From Limnochordia bacterium (GTDB taxonomy: Bacteria > Bacillota > Limnochordia > DTU080), in NCBI GenBank assembly GCA_050951545.1, contig JBMNJG010000012.1, positions 352,001 through 416,000 of the forward strand: 64,000 nucleotides of DNA. The letters are read 5' to 3'. The notes under the pieces were generated by a model. The model saw only the letters and a program-made list of their open reading frames with translations. It ran no database searches and was not told where the DNA came from. Position 1 is the stretch's first letter; each line of letters opens with the position of its first letter. A program made the translations under genes and the position numbers. Shown in pieces: positions 9,245-17,950 of the stretch.

Positions 9245-9943
9245 ATGCTGATACCAAAATCAGATCGAGCAAAGACGGGTATTCTTGATCAGGACGCCCT
9301 AGCTCGATATGCCTTGGAGCACCTAATAAGCCAATCATCGGATCTGCAACTGGTGGTCCAATGGAAGGGAATTCCCGCGACTTGCGAGCTGATGTCCGTG
9401 GAGATGGACGTGTTGACGGTCTCCATCGAGACAGTAGAGGCCTCAGGAGTAGCGCTTGGGCCCTCCCTTGCTCTGTTGTCTGCGCATGTTCCGGTACTGG
9501 CCACCAGCGCCTGCATGGAGCCAGCCTTGGTGGTGGATTGCTTACAGGCGGGTGCAAAGGGCTTCGTCTGGAAGGGTGTCGACACGCAAGGTCTCATGCA
9601 AGCGGTAAGGGCTGTACTGGCTGGCGACCGGCCAATCATGCCCTCTATGGCTGACCGACTGGTTTCCTATGTATTGAGTCACGACATCCGCCAGATGGAT
9701 CGCTGCTCCGAGCTGACGGGCCGAGAGAACGAGGTGCTTGGACTTATTGCCAATGGGCTGAGTAACAAGGAGATTGCGGCGACCTTGAGCCTCAGTGTAC
9801 GTACAGTGAAAGCGCATGTGAGTAACGTGCTGCGAAAACTCGACGTAGCTGATCGTACGCAAGCCGCTCTCGTAGCAGTCAGCATGGATCCGGAGAGCCG
9901 TCCCCTGCAGCGGTACTACCGTCGTGGTACCAAGGTACGATAG
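9245..9943 (+). CDS. LuxR/NarL-family response regulator with atypical receiver domain
   Basis: C-terminal LTGRENEVLGLIANGLSNKEIA...TVKAHVSNVLRKL HTH and AGAKGFVWK receiver motif. ATG after GGAGGAG. Confidence 0.88.
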   Translation: MLIPKSDRAKTGILDQDALARYALEHLISQSSDLQLVVQWKGIPATCELMSVEMDVLTVSIETVEASGVALGPSLALLSAHVPVLATSACMEPALVVDCLQAGAKGFVWKGVDTQGLMQAVRAVLAGDRPIMPSMADRLVSYVLSHDIRQMDRCSELTGRENEVLGLIANGLSNKEIAATLSLSVRTVKAHVSNVLRKLDVADRTQAALVAVSMDPESRPLQRYYRRGTKVR

Positions 9944-10035
9944 CCCAGCGCCCTAAGGAACAATGGAAAGATGAAGGCGAAGGTCATAATGTAGGAGATG
10001 CCTGAATGATCTGCGGCACTGGAAGGGGTCCCGAG

Positions 10036-10950
10036 ATGCGCCCAAACCTCATGTGGAGACTGGCAGTGACTCTCGCCCTTGTCTCAGCGTGGTTTTTGCT
10101 CGGAGCTGTCGGCTGGGGCCGTGCTGAGGAAGCTCAGCTCAGAGTGACTCCAAGTCAGGTCAGTGTGGCGATTGATCCGTCTCGCGTCTCCTCTCTGGAA
10201 TTGGCGGGCGGACTGCAGGCATATCTCTTGTTTCCGACGGACGCTGAACAGCTCACCCTTGGTTTTTCACTCACCCCACTGATCGACCAAGCAAGTGGCC
10301 GCGCTCTGCCAGCAGACCGACTTCTGGTAGGTGTGGGTGATCTGCAGCCTGTGTCCGCAATGGGCCAACAGCCGGTTCCGTTGTCAGCATCCGGACCCAC
10401 GATAGTTCAGATTGGTGTGCAAGCGGGGGCTTTCGACTCCCCAGGGCTTTACCAAGGGCGGTTGTGCCTAAGCGCAAACGGCGGCAGTGTGGAGGCAGTT
10501 GCGAATGTCGACGTGCAGATCGAGATACTGCCGTGGGCGGCCATTCGTCAGCTCGCACCGTATCCACTGGTAGTAACTTCACAGGACATTCCTGGTCCTG
10601 ATGCCGTGATGAGTAGTGAGGAGCAGTACGTTCTTCTTGTGGCGGGTAATCACCGCTGGCAACTGGTGGTTCAGGCACCTGATGGACTTCAGCCCCAATC
10701 TGGTCCCGCCACGGCACCGCTCGCTGGCCGTTTAGACATGAGAGTCTTCCCGAGCGATTGGGTGCAACCAGTGACAAATGGCTTTGCGAAGCTCACTGAA
10801 GATCCTGCAGTGCTAGCGGTCGGTAAACCGACTGGCGATTGTGCGGACGGCTGGGTAGCGGTGAGCCTTGAGGTGCGTATGCCCTACGGGCGCCACCAAG
10901 CCGCAGGAGCCTACAGCGGAGATCTGACGCTGGCAGTGAGACCGTACTAG
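10036..10950 (+). CDS. secreted two-domain pilin/adhesin-like protein
   Basis: Signal peptide and two beta-sandwich-like halves, each ending in a pilin-type strand (PGLYQGRLCLS; AGAYSGDLTLAV). Confidence 0.5.
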   Translation: MRPNLMWRLAVTLALVSAWFLLGAVGWGRAEEAQLRVTPSQVSVAIDPSRVSSLELAGGLQAYLLFPTDAEQLTLGFSLTPLIDQASGRALPADRLLVGVGDLQPVSAMGQQPVPLSASGPTIVQIGVQAGAFDSPGLYQGRLCLSANGGSVEAVANVDVQIEILPWAAIRQLAPYPLVVTSQDIPGPDAVMSSEEQYVLLVAGNHRWQLVVQAPDGLQPQSGPATAPLAGRLDMRVFPSDWVQPVTNGFAKLTEDPAVLAVGKPTGDCADGWVAVSLEVRMPYGRHQAAGAYSGDLTLAVRPY

Positions 10951-11039
10951 AATCACCAACACAGTGGCACCTCTCACAGCAGACCGCGCGTGGTTGCTGC
11001 GGGTGCAAATAAAACAAGGAAGTACAGGAGGAATCACGG

Positions 11040-11804
11040 ATGAAAAGGCTCTTTCTTGTAGCTCTCGCTCTTTGCTTGGTACTCGCAGCAGTGCCAGCAA
11101 TGGCGGAAAACCTGCTTGACGGCAGGCAGATAACGGTAGGGCCGTGGATTGTCATCGAGACAGAGGGTTACGCAACCGGAGCTCCGCGCTACTTCAACCC
11201 TGGTGAGGCTTGGGGTAACCAGGAAACCCAGGTGAGACTACCGATGAGTGCGCTTATCCCCTGCTACTTGGAGATGCTATTGCAGGGCAATGACGTCAAT
11301 GCCCTTCTTCAGAGCTGGGGTCCGGATGCCAACGCTGACTATGCCCCTGGTAACATGTACCTGGCCTTTCACCCCGAGGTGGGCGGCTACATCCATGCTG
11401 ACTGGAGTCTGTACCCGGATAGCCATGACAACAACTACGAGGCTCCCCTGGGCGACGACTCCTTCATTCGTGGGTGCGATACCTTCAAGACTCAGCTCTG
11501 GTCCAACATGAACTACAAGTACACTGTGTCAGTGAAGGATGGCGGGCTCAAGGGCGGACTCGATGCCAACGCCGTTCTCCCGGTAGACATGCGTGCTGCT
11601 GTGTCCGTCACCGACCCGGGACTGGCTAATGCTGTGTGGGGCGGCACCCATACCTTCCTCGCTGACGGCGACGCAGTCCTGGTCGATGGCGGGAACTTCC
11701 TCCAGTCCAGGGTGATCTACCAGCAGTTCCGAGTACCGTTCAACCGGAGTTTCTCGGCTGGTCATTACACAGGTGAGATCACCTTTACCGCTGCTACGAT
11801 CTAG
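11040..11804 (+). CDS. secreted major pilin-like protein
   Basis: Signal peptide (AVPAMA), two Cys in the mature part, C-terminal AGHYTGEITFTA strand, strong AGGAGG RBS and many C-ending codons. Confidence 0.55.
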   Translation: MKRLFLVALALCLVLAAVPAMAENLLDGRQITVGPWIVIETEGYATGAPRYFNPGEAWGNQETQVRLPMSALIPCYLEMLLQGNDVNALLQSWGPDANADYAPGNMYLAFHPEVGGYIHADWSLYPDSHDNNYEAPLGDDSFIRGCDTFKTQLWSNMNYKYTVSVKDGGLKGGLDANAVLPVDMRAAVSVTDPGLANAVWGGTHTFLADGDAVLVDGGNFLQSRVIYQQFRVPFNRSFSAGHYTGEITFTAATI

Positions 11805-11826
11805 TTTCGGGAGAGATGCACGACAG

Positions 11827-11857
11827 AGGGGTCGGACGCGCCCGACCCCTTTTCTTG
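11827..11857 (+). terminator. intrinsic terminator after the pilin-like gene
   Basis: AGGGGTCGG-ACGCGC-CCGACCCCT followed by TTTCTT. Confidence 0.75.
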
Positions 11858-11893
11858 TAAGAGGCGCTGCTGATACGGACGATCAGGGAGTGA

Positions 11894-12721
11894 GTGACCA
11901 TGAAAAGATGCTGCATGTGGATGGTGGCAGCCATCCTGATGAGTGTGGCTGTGGGCGGCCCAGCACTGGCCGCCGGGTACCAGCCTATAAAGGTGGAGCC
12001 TTCTCGATTCGTCTTTGAAGGAAAGCCTGGGGAGCAGATAACGGGCTCCATCGTAGTGCGCAACACAGGTCAGGAACCAGCCACTCCTCAGGCGCTTCTG
12101 AGCGATTGGACTCTTGATGAGGGCAACAGACTGGTTGTCCTGGAAGCTGGTAGTCTCGATTCGTCACTGGAGGGGTGGATCAAGTTTAACCCGCGCAGGT
12201 TTCAGATGCAGCCTAACGCGGCTCAGACCGTGCGCTTCACCGTCAAGATACCTCATGACGCTCAGCCCGGTGAACGCCGCGGCATGATCGCCTTTGAGCA
12301 GATCGTCCCCTACGACGAAGGCGGAGTTGGAGCCACAGCTCGGGTACAGGTAACGAGTACGATCTACGTAGCCGTGCTACCCATAGAACGACATATCGAC
12401 ATCATCGGTCTTCACATACAGCCAAACGAAGACACCCGGACCTCAACGTTGGTGCTTCAGGTCAAGGGGACGGGTACTGGTCATTACCGCGGCGTGGGTC
12501 GCTTCCAGATTCTGCCCGATGGTGATGAGACACCTCTTGCCTCAGGAGATCTGGAACCACTTGTCGTCATGCCAGGTGTGGCGAGTCGCTTTGGTGGTAG
12601 CGTCGAGTATGTGTTAGAGCCGGGCCGCTATCGCCTCGCTGTTGAGATCATCTCTGAGGAAGCAGGTAGTCTACCTCTTCACAGGATCTATGCTTTCGAA
12701 GTGCCCACGACCGAAGTCTAA
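11894..12721 (+). CDS. PapD-like fimbrial chaperone-like protein
   Basis: Signal peptide; IKVEPSRF, IVVRNTG, WIKFNPRRF..QPNAAQTVRF and GERRGMIAFE; second Ig-like domain with GTGHYR and PGRYRL. Confidence 0.65.
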   Translation: MTMKRCCMWMVAAILMSVAVGGPALAAGYQPIKVEPSRFVFEGKPGEQITGSIVVRNTGQEPATPQALLSDWTLDEGNRLVVLEAGSLDSSLEGWIKFNPRRFQMQPNAAQTVRFTVKIPHDAQPGERRGMIAFEQIVPYDEGGVGATARVQVTSTIYVAVLPIERHIDIIGLHIQPNEDTRTSTLVLQVKGTGTGHYRGVGRFQILPDGDETPLASGDLEPLVVMPGVASRFGGSVEYVLEPGRYRLAVEIISEEAGSLPLHRIYAFEVPTTEV

Positions 12722-12738
12722 GCTGGAGGAGTCTCGCC

Positions 12739-15732
12739 ATGCGCTTTTTTCGCTCCACCGGGATCCTCATCACCATGTGCCTTGTGTGGCTCATGGCATG
12801 GAGCAATGAGCCAGCAAGGGCCTCGTTATCCGAGATGGATACCAGTGTGGTTCGATTGGATATCAACGACCGCAAGTTCAGTGAGGATTTTGAGTTGTAC
12901 GACGATGGAGAGACGGTCCTTCTTCCCCTTAGCCAGGTTGGACAGCTCTTGGACGCGAAGGTGAACCTAGATCCAGTGCTGATGGCCGCCACCGTTGTTC
13001 GCCCCTGGGATGGGCTAGAGGGGCTCGTTGACCTTCAGCGCCAGGTCTGCTTCTGGGGAGAAGAGCAGCTCGTCATGTCACCTCATGCTGAGCTTGGGCC
13101 AGGCGATTTCTACGTGCCGCTACCGATCGTGGAACGGCTTATGGACGTACAGGCAGTATGGAAGCCCGAGACACAGGTGCTGCGGATCACCGTAGGTCGT
13201 CAACTCAGCAAGCTACGGCCAGCAGCAGGCACACCGAGTGACTCCGTAGTAACCAGCGAAGAGTTTGAGCCCTCACCCACTCGTACGCCGCCCATGGTCA
13301 GCTTGGGGGCGATCCAATACGTGCTCAGGCATGAGTTGACCGTGCAAGGGTCTGAAGAGCATAGGCAGGATAGCCTGGCCTTGTCCGCACACTGGCAAGC
13401 GGCGGGCATTCCGGTGGATATCGCAGTCAGTGCAACCGATGTCCTGTCACCGCACCCGAGGTGGGAGCTCAAGCGCGCGACGGCCACCTACCTCTCTCCT
13501 GACGTGGAGGTGGTTGCTGGCGACACGAGTCTGAGCCTGGGTAGGGTGCTGCAGAGCAAGGAGATTCGTGGCCTGCGACTGGCAGCGCCTCCCGGTTGGA
13601 CATCTGGTGTTTTGCATGCGGTCACGACGATCGAAGGGTGGGTCGCCGACGGTTCCGAGGTCGAACTCCGCGTCAACGGAGCCTACTTTGGCAAGCAAGT
13701 GGCGACAGACGGGTATTACGCCTTCAGACATGTGCCTCTGCAGATCACCAGAGCAAACCGTCTGGAGATTGTGGTCATTGAGACGAGCGGCTTGCGCCGA
13801 GTGGAGACGCGTGTTCTAACGGCGACGCCGCGCCTTCTATCTGCGGGGAAGCTGCAGGCCTCAGCGGGTGGAGGTTGGGTGAGATCCGAGAAGACTGGGG
13901 AGTGGGATTCGGCAGTGATGGGCGCATCTGCCTATACGGGTGTCACCTCGTGGCTTACAGTGGGTGGCGAACTAGCCCGGCAGGTAATTCTCGATGGCAG
14001 CCAAGATCATCCGGATCATCTGGCAGGTGCCATAGGACTCGCCCTGCGGGCCAGCGACGGCCTAGTCTTTGCTCTGGACTGGTTGGCCAGTCAACCACAG
14101 GGAGCAGTCGGTGCGCCCGCACAGGGAGCTGAGTTGACTGCTAGCCTGCGCATGGGACGTACATCGTGGCAGAGCATGATCTTCTACCGAGAGCCAGACC
14201 TGTACCTGTTTTCACCGGGTGCGCCAGATACGCAAGGTTTTCGGGTGGTCGGCGAGTACAACATCAACCGCGCCTGGAGTCTGCAAGGGTCCTATGAACT
14301 AGCCACTTCGGTCAGCGACTCATCTCGGTCTCCAAGAACCAGGGTTGGTGGCGTGCTGCAATGGACTCCTTCGCTTGATCGCTCCGTGGTGCTTCGCCTG
14401 AATCACGTCCCTAGAGATAGAGACAGGGTTTCCTTGACGCACCGCTACAGCAATGTACAAAAGGGTACTGAACTGAAGTCTGAGTCAGAGGCGACGTGGG
14501 TGGAACGTCCCCAGGCGTCGCCTGTTTTGACCAATGTCAGTGCCCGCTTAGAGTTCGACCAGGCTCTAGACAGCGCAAGCTACCTGGGCCTACGCTACAG
14601 GGGGGTGGCAGATTGGCCTCTAGGCGGTGATCTTTCCCGGCGTGGCTTCGCACTGCTCACGAACACGGTCCAGGTCGACGCCACATGGATGCCAGGAACG
14701 TGGCACGTGTATGGAGCAGTGCAGATGACCGACGCTCGCGATACGAGCGGAGGAACGCCACCCTTCTACGAAAGCGGAGCTGTTCTCAGTATTTCGAGAA
14801 TCACCGGGGTGTGGGTCAGCGGTATGGCAAGCGAACTCATACACATGCGCCGCAACAGCACTCCTTTGGGTTCCATAGTCAACGGAGTCTATGTGGGAGC
14901 AAGACCCGAGCCCAAGGCTTTGGTCCTACTGAAGCTGGAGCACACTCAGCCTCTGTGGAGCGGCGTCTTTAGGGAGAGCATGGGCATCTCGCTGAGCGCT
15001 GATGGACAACTGAGAAATGGCTTCCATCTCAGTGCGTTGGGGCGTGTCACAGTAACGCATGCGCAGCCTGAATATTACCTTGGCGTCACACTTAGTCAGG
15101 GCATCGGCTTTTCCGAGGGAGGTGTCCGCGGTTTTCGGGTTGTTGACGGTCGGCCCCTTGGATACGTCACAGGCACCGTGTACATTGATGCCAATCGCAA
15201 CGGTCGGCGGGATGCGGGTGAGAAGACTGTGGCTGGGGCTCCAATCGCCTTGGCTGGTCGGCGTACCGTCACCGATCGCGACGGCAGGTACTGCTTTGAG
15301 TTTGTCAATCCGGGCACGTACCGGCTAGGGCTCGACCCTAACAAGCTGTCCGCTGACTACACCCCGTACAGCGACCCCGTGGTTATCCGCCTGCCCGCCA
15401 ACGCGAATCTAAGCCAAGATTTCGGCGTTACTTTGAACGGCACTGTGGAGGGCACGGTCTTCGTGGACCTCAATGGCGATGGCCTGTGGCAACCCGAAGA
15501 ACCTCGGCCAGCATGGGTCAAGGTGGCTCTGAATGGAACTATCGAGGCGTTCACGGATAGCCGGGGCAACTTCACCCTGAGCAACGTGAATCTCGGCACG
15601 TACCAATTGGCGGTCCCTGAGTCAAGTCTTCCTCCTGGAACTATAGCCCCTGCACCTATCGACATTAAGATCACGGAGGATAACCTGGATGTGTGGGGTA
15701 TACGAGTGCCGCTGACGCTTATGGGCAACTAG
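12739..15732 (+). CDS. fimbrial usher-like outer-membrane protein with C-terminal SdrD-B-like repeats
   Basis: Signal peptide; usher-plug-like segment (IEGWVADGSEVELRVNG...GYYAFRHVPL...NRLEIVV..SG); long run of amphipathic beta strands; two GxVxxDxNxxG repeats. Confidence 0.65.
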   Translation: MRFFRSTGILITMCLVWLMAWSNEPARASLSEMDTSVVRLDINDRKFSEDFELYDDGETVLLPLSQVGQLLDAKVNLDPVLMAATVVRPWDGLEGLVDLQRQVCFWGEEQLVMSPHAELGPGDFYVPLPIVERLMDVQAVWKPETQVLRITVGRQLSKLRPAAGTPSDSVVTSEEFEPSPTRTPPMVSLGAIQYVLRHELTVQGSEEHRQDSLALSAHWQAAGIPVDIAVSATDVLSPHPRWELKRATATYLSPDVEVVAGDTSLSLGRVLQSKEIRGLRLAAPPGWTSGVLHAVTTIEGWVADGSEVELRVNGAYFGKQVATDGYYAFRHVPLQITRANRLEIVVIETSGLRRVETRVLTATPRLLSAGKLQASAGGGWVRSEKTGEWDSAVMGASAYTGVTSWLTVGGELARQVILDGSQDHPDHLAGAIGLALRASDGLVFALDWLASQPQGAVGAPAQGAELTASLRMGRTSWQSMIFYREPDLYLFSPGAPDTQGFRVVGEYNINRAWSLQGSYELATSVSDSSRSPRTRVGGVLQWTPSLDRSVVLRLNHVPRDRDRVSLTHRYSNVQKGTELKSESEATWVERPQASPVLTNVSARLEFDQALDSASYLGLRYRGVADWPLGGDLSRRGFALLTNTVQVDATWMPGTWHVYGAVQMTDARDTSGGTPPFYESGAVLSISRITGVWVSGMASELIHMRRNSTPLGSIVNGVYVGARPEPKALVLLKLEHTQPLWSGVFRESMGISLSADGQLRNGFHLSALGRVTVTHAQPEYYLGVTLSQGIGFSEGGVRGFRVVDGRPLGYVTGTVYIDANRNGRRDAGEKTVAGAPIALAGRRTVTDRDGRYCFEFVNPGTYRLGLDPNKLSADYTPYSDPVVIRLPANANLSQDFGVTLNGTVEGTVFVDLNGDGLWQPEEPRPAWVKVALNGTIEAFTDSRGNFTLSNVNLGTYQLAVPESSLPPGTIAPAPIDIKITEDNLDVWGIRVPLTLMGN

Positions 15733-15795
15733 GGCGCGCAGGCGCGGCCATTAGCTAGTGAACTGTGACGGGTAAGTAGTCTGTAGCGTGGTATG

Positions 15796-15821
15796 AAAAA
15801 GGGCGCCGACTTCGGCGCCTT
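15796..15821 (-). terminator. intrinsic terminator of the 6S RNA
   Basis: Minus-strand AAGGCGCCGAAGTCGGCGCCCTTTTT. Confidence 0.75.
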
Positions 15822-15827
15822 AAGATT

Positions 15828-16008
15828 AGAGACCGCCCTGCCGCTGCCCGTTCGATTTTCGAGAACCATCCCCCAAAGGTGGTTGTCCGCACAGCTGCTT
15901 TCAACGTCCAGGTGTGTATCCCGGCGTGTTGGCCACAACCGTATTGGATTCCCGAAATCACGCGATAGGTTCTGAAATGCGTGGGGCTGGCGCACAGCGC
16001 AGTCAGCA
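15828..16008 (-). ncRNA. ssrS: 6S RNA
   Basis: About 180-nt rod: 5' GACTGC..GCCC pairs with 3' GGGC..GCGGTC, and TTTCAGAACC pairs with GGTTCTCGAAA. Has the GAACC...GGGA...CCACCT...GGTTC...CGGCA pattern of Firmicute 6S RNAs, with its own promoter and terminator. Confidence 0.75.
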
Positions 16009-16013
16009 TCATC

Positions 16014-16042
16014 ATCATACCCTTTGGAGGGCCGTTCTGCAA
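16014..16042 (-). promoter_or_regulatory. sigma-A-like promoter of the 6S RNA
   Basis: Minus-strand TTGCAG-N17-TATGAT immediately upstream of the RNA. Confidence 0.6.
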
Positions 16043-16136
16043 GTCTAGATGCTGCCATCCCTGCCTTTTCTCCTAGACGGCTCGGGCCTGGTGCATTACC
16101 ATAAACACATGCACCCCGCTTATGGAGGTTTGATCT

Positions 16137-16772
16137 ATGGCCGTACACGTACGTACCTTCGTCGTCGGACCGATCGAGACCAACTGCTATCTGGTGATAG
16201 ACGATCGGAGCCAAAACGCTGTGGTTGTCGACCCGGGAGATACGTGCGCCACTCTTGAGGCGGCACTGGGCGAGGTGACCCTGACAGACATTCTGCTTAC
16301 ACATACCCACTTTGATCACATAGGCGGTGTCAATCGCCTGGTCGAGCTCACGGGTGCTCGGGTGTGGGCCCATAGGCTTGAGGCCGATTGGCTAGGCGAT
16401 CCCACACGCAACCTTTCAGCGGCTATGGAGGAGTACACCCCTTTGGTGCGCGTTCCTCGTCCCTCGGTTGTCCTCTGCGGTGGCGAGGAAACCCACCTAG
16501 TGGGACAGAGTCTACGAGTCGCGCATGCGCCGGGGCATACTCCTGGTCATGTCATCTATGTGCTCGGCGATATTGCCTTCGTGGGTGATGTTATCTTTCG
16601 CGGCTCTGTGGGGCGTACCGATTTCCCTGGCGGTGATAGCCAGACCCTTCTAGAGAGCATCGAAAGCCAAGTGCTGACGTTGCCCGCCCAGACTCGCTTG
16701 CTGCCTGGTCACGGCCCCACCACAACAGTAGGTAACGAACGCCAGCACAACCCGTTCGTGGCTGCCCGTTAA
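16137..16772 (+). CDS. MBL-fold metallo-hydrolase (glyoxalase II-like)
   Basis: THTHFDHIGG, PGHTPGH, GDVIF, GRTDFPGG and PGHG motifs. Confidence 0.92.
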   Translation: MAVHVRTFVVGPIETNCYLVIDDRSQNAVVVDPGDTCATLEAALGEVTLTDILLTHTHFDHIGGVNRLVELTGARVWAHRLEADWLGDPTRNLSAAMEEYTPLVRVPRPSVVLCGGEETHLVGQSLRVAHAPGHTPGHVIYVLGDIAFVGDVIFRGSVGRTDFPGGDSQTLLESIESQVLTLPAQTRLLPGHGPTTTVGNERQHNPFVAAR

Positions 16773-16782
16773 GGGGATACTG

Positions 16783-17865
16783 CTATGCCAAGAGCTCCTT
16801 CAGTACCGTGCGATCAAGTTTCTTGATCACCGCGACCACCAAGCGTACGGTGTTCTCGAAATCGTCACGGTGAATTACAGATGCCGCTGAGTGAATGTAA
16901 CGGGTCGGAAAACCGATCACCACAGAGGGCACACCGCGCCCGTGAAGGTGGATACGGCCTGCATCCGTGCCGCCACCAGCTAGAGCCTCGAACTGAATCG
17001 GTATTCCTTCCTCTTTGGCAGTATCAATGAACAGGTTGCGCAAGCCCACATGAGGTACCATGCTGGCATCATACAGGAGGATGGCTGGGCCCTGTCCCAG
17101 CTTGGATTGGGCCTCGTGTTTCCCTATTCCGGGGGTGTCACCTGCAATGCAGACGTCGAGAGCGATACCGATGTCTGGCTGCACGGCATGGGCACTGGTC
17201 ATGGCGCCGCGCAGCCCAACCTCCTCTTGTACGGTCATCACCCCAAACACGGTATTGGGGTGTTGCTCTCCCTGCAGCGCCCGCAGAACCTCTACCACAG
17301 TTGCACATCCAATACGATTGTCCCAGGCCTTGGCCATCAGATAGCGATCATTGGCCATCACCGTGAACGGACAGACTGGTACGATCGGGTCGCCAGGTGT
17401 CACGCCCTTGGCCTCGGCCTCTGCTTTGTCCCTGACACCGATGTCAATGAACATGTTTTTCTTTTCGACAGGTTTGCGACGCTCATCGCCAGAGAGCACA
17501 TGCGGCGGTTTGGAGCCAATGATGCCAGGAATATCGCCTTGGCGCGTCTTGACCACTACTCGTTGGGCCAGCATGACTTGCTCCCACCAGCCGCCCAGGG
17601 TCTGAAAGCGCAAGAACCCCTCATCGGTAATCGAGCTAACGAGGAAGCCTATCTCATCCATGTGCCCAGCGATCATCACTCGTGGTCCCGCTGAGTCACA
17701 GCTCTTTTTGGCGATGAGACTACCTAGGTTATCCTTTTCCACCGTCTCCGCGACAGGTAGGAGCAGTCGCTTCAGAACAGCACTCGCTTCCCCTTCGAAT
17801 CCAGGAAGACCCGCAGCCTCTGTCAGCTCGCGTAGCATCTCCAACTGTGCATCCACCGTACCCAC
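16783..17865 (-). CDS. M42 family metallo-aminopeptidase
   Basis: [30 protein letters not shown] and RYIHS motifs. Confidence 0.93.
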   Translation of the reverse strand: MGTVDAQLEMLRELTEAAGLPGFEGEASAVLKRLLLPVAETVEKDNLGSLIAKKSCDSAGPRVMIAGHMDEIGFLVSSITDEGFLRFQTLGGWWEQVMLAQRVVVKTRQGDIPGIIGSKPPHVLSGDERRKPVEKKNMFIDIGVRDKAEAEAKGVTPGDPIVPVCPFTVMANDRYLMAKAWDNRIGCATVVEVLRALQGEQHPNTVFGVMTVQEEVGLRGAMTSAHAVQPDIGIALDVCIAGDTPGIGKHEAQSKLGQGPAILLYDASMVPHVGLRNLFIDTAKEEGIPIQFEALAGGGTDAGRIHLHGRGVPSVVIGFPTRYIHSAASVIHRDDFENTVRLVVAVIKKLDRTVLKELLA

Positions 17866-17950
17866 TCCCTCTGCAAAATCCTTCTACCCTACATCATCGA
17901 CATGAGTGACTCTCACTTCCATGGTTCGTGGGGGTAGCCCGCCCGTGCGC

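Noticed and set aside
10036-12721. WxL/Csc or sortase-dependent pilus interpretation
   Set aside because: No LPXTG motif, sortase or C-terminal membrane anchor is present, and the adjacent usher-like gene favours a chaperone-usher model. A remote fold relationship to WxL is not excluded.
15729-16373. 214-aa minus-strand ORF
   Set aside because: It overlaps the 6S RNA and the antisense strand of the MBL hydrolase gene.
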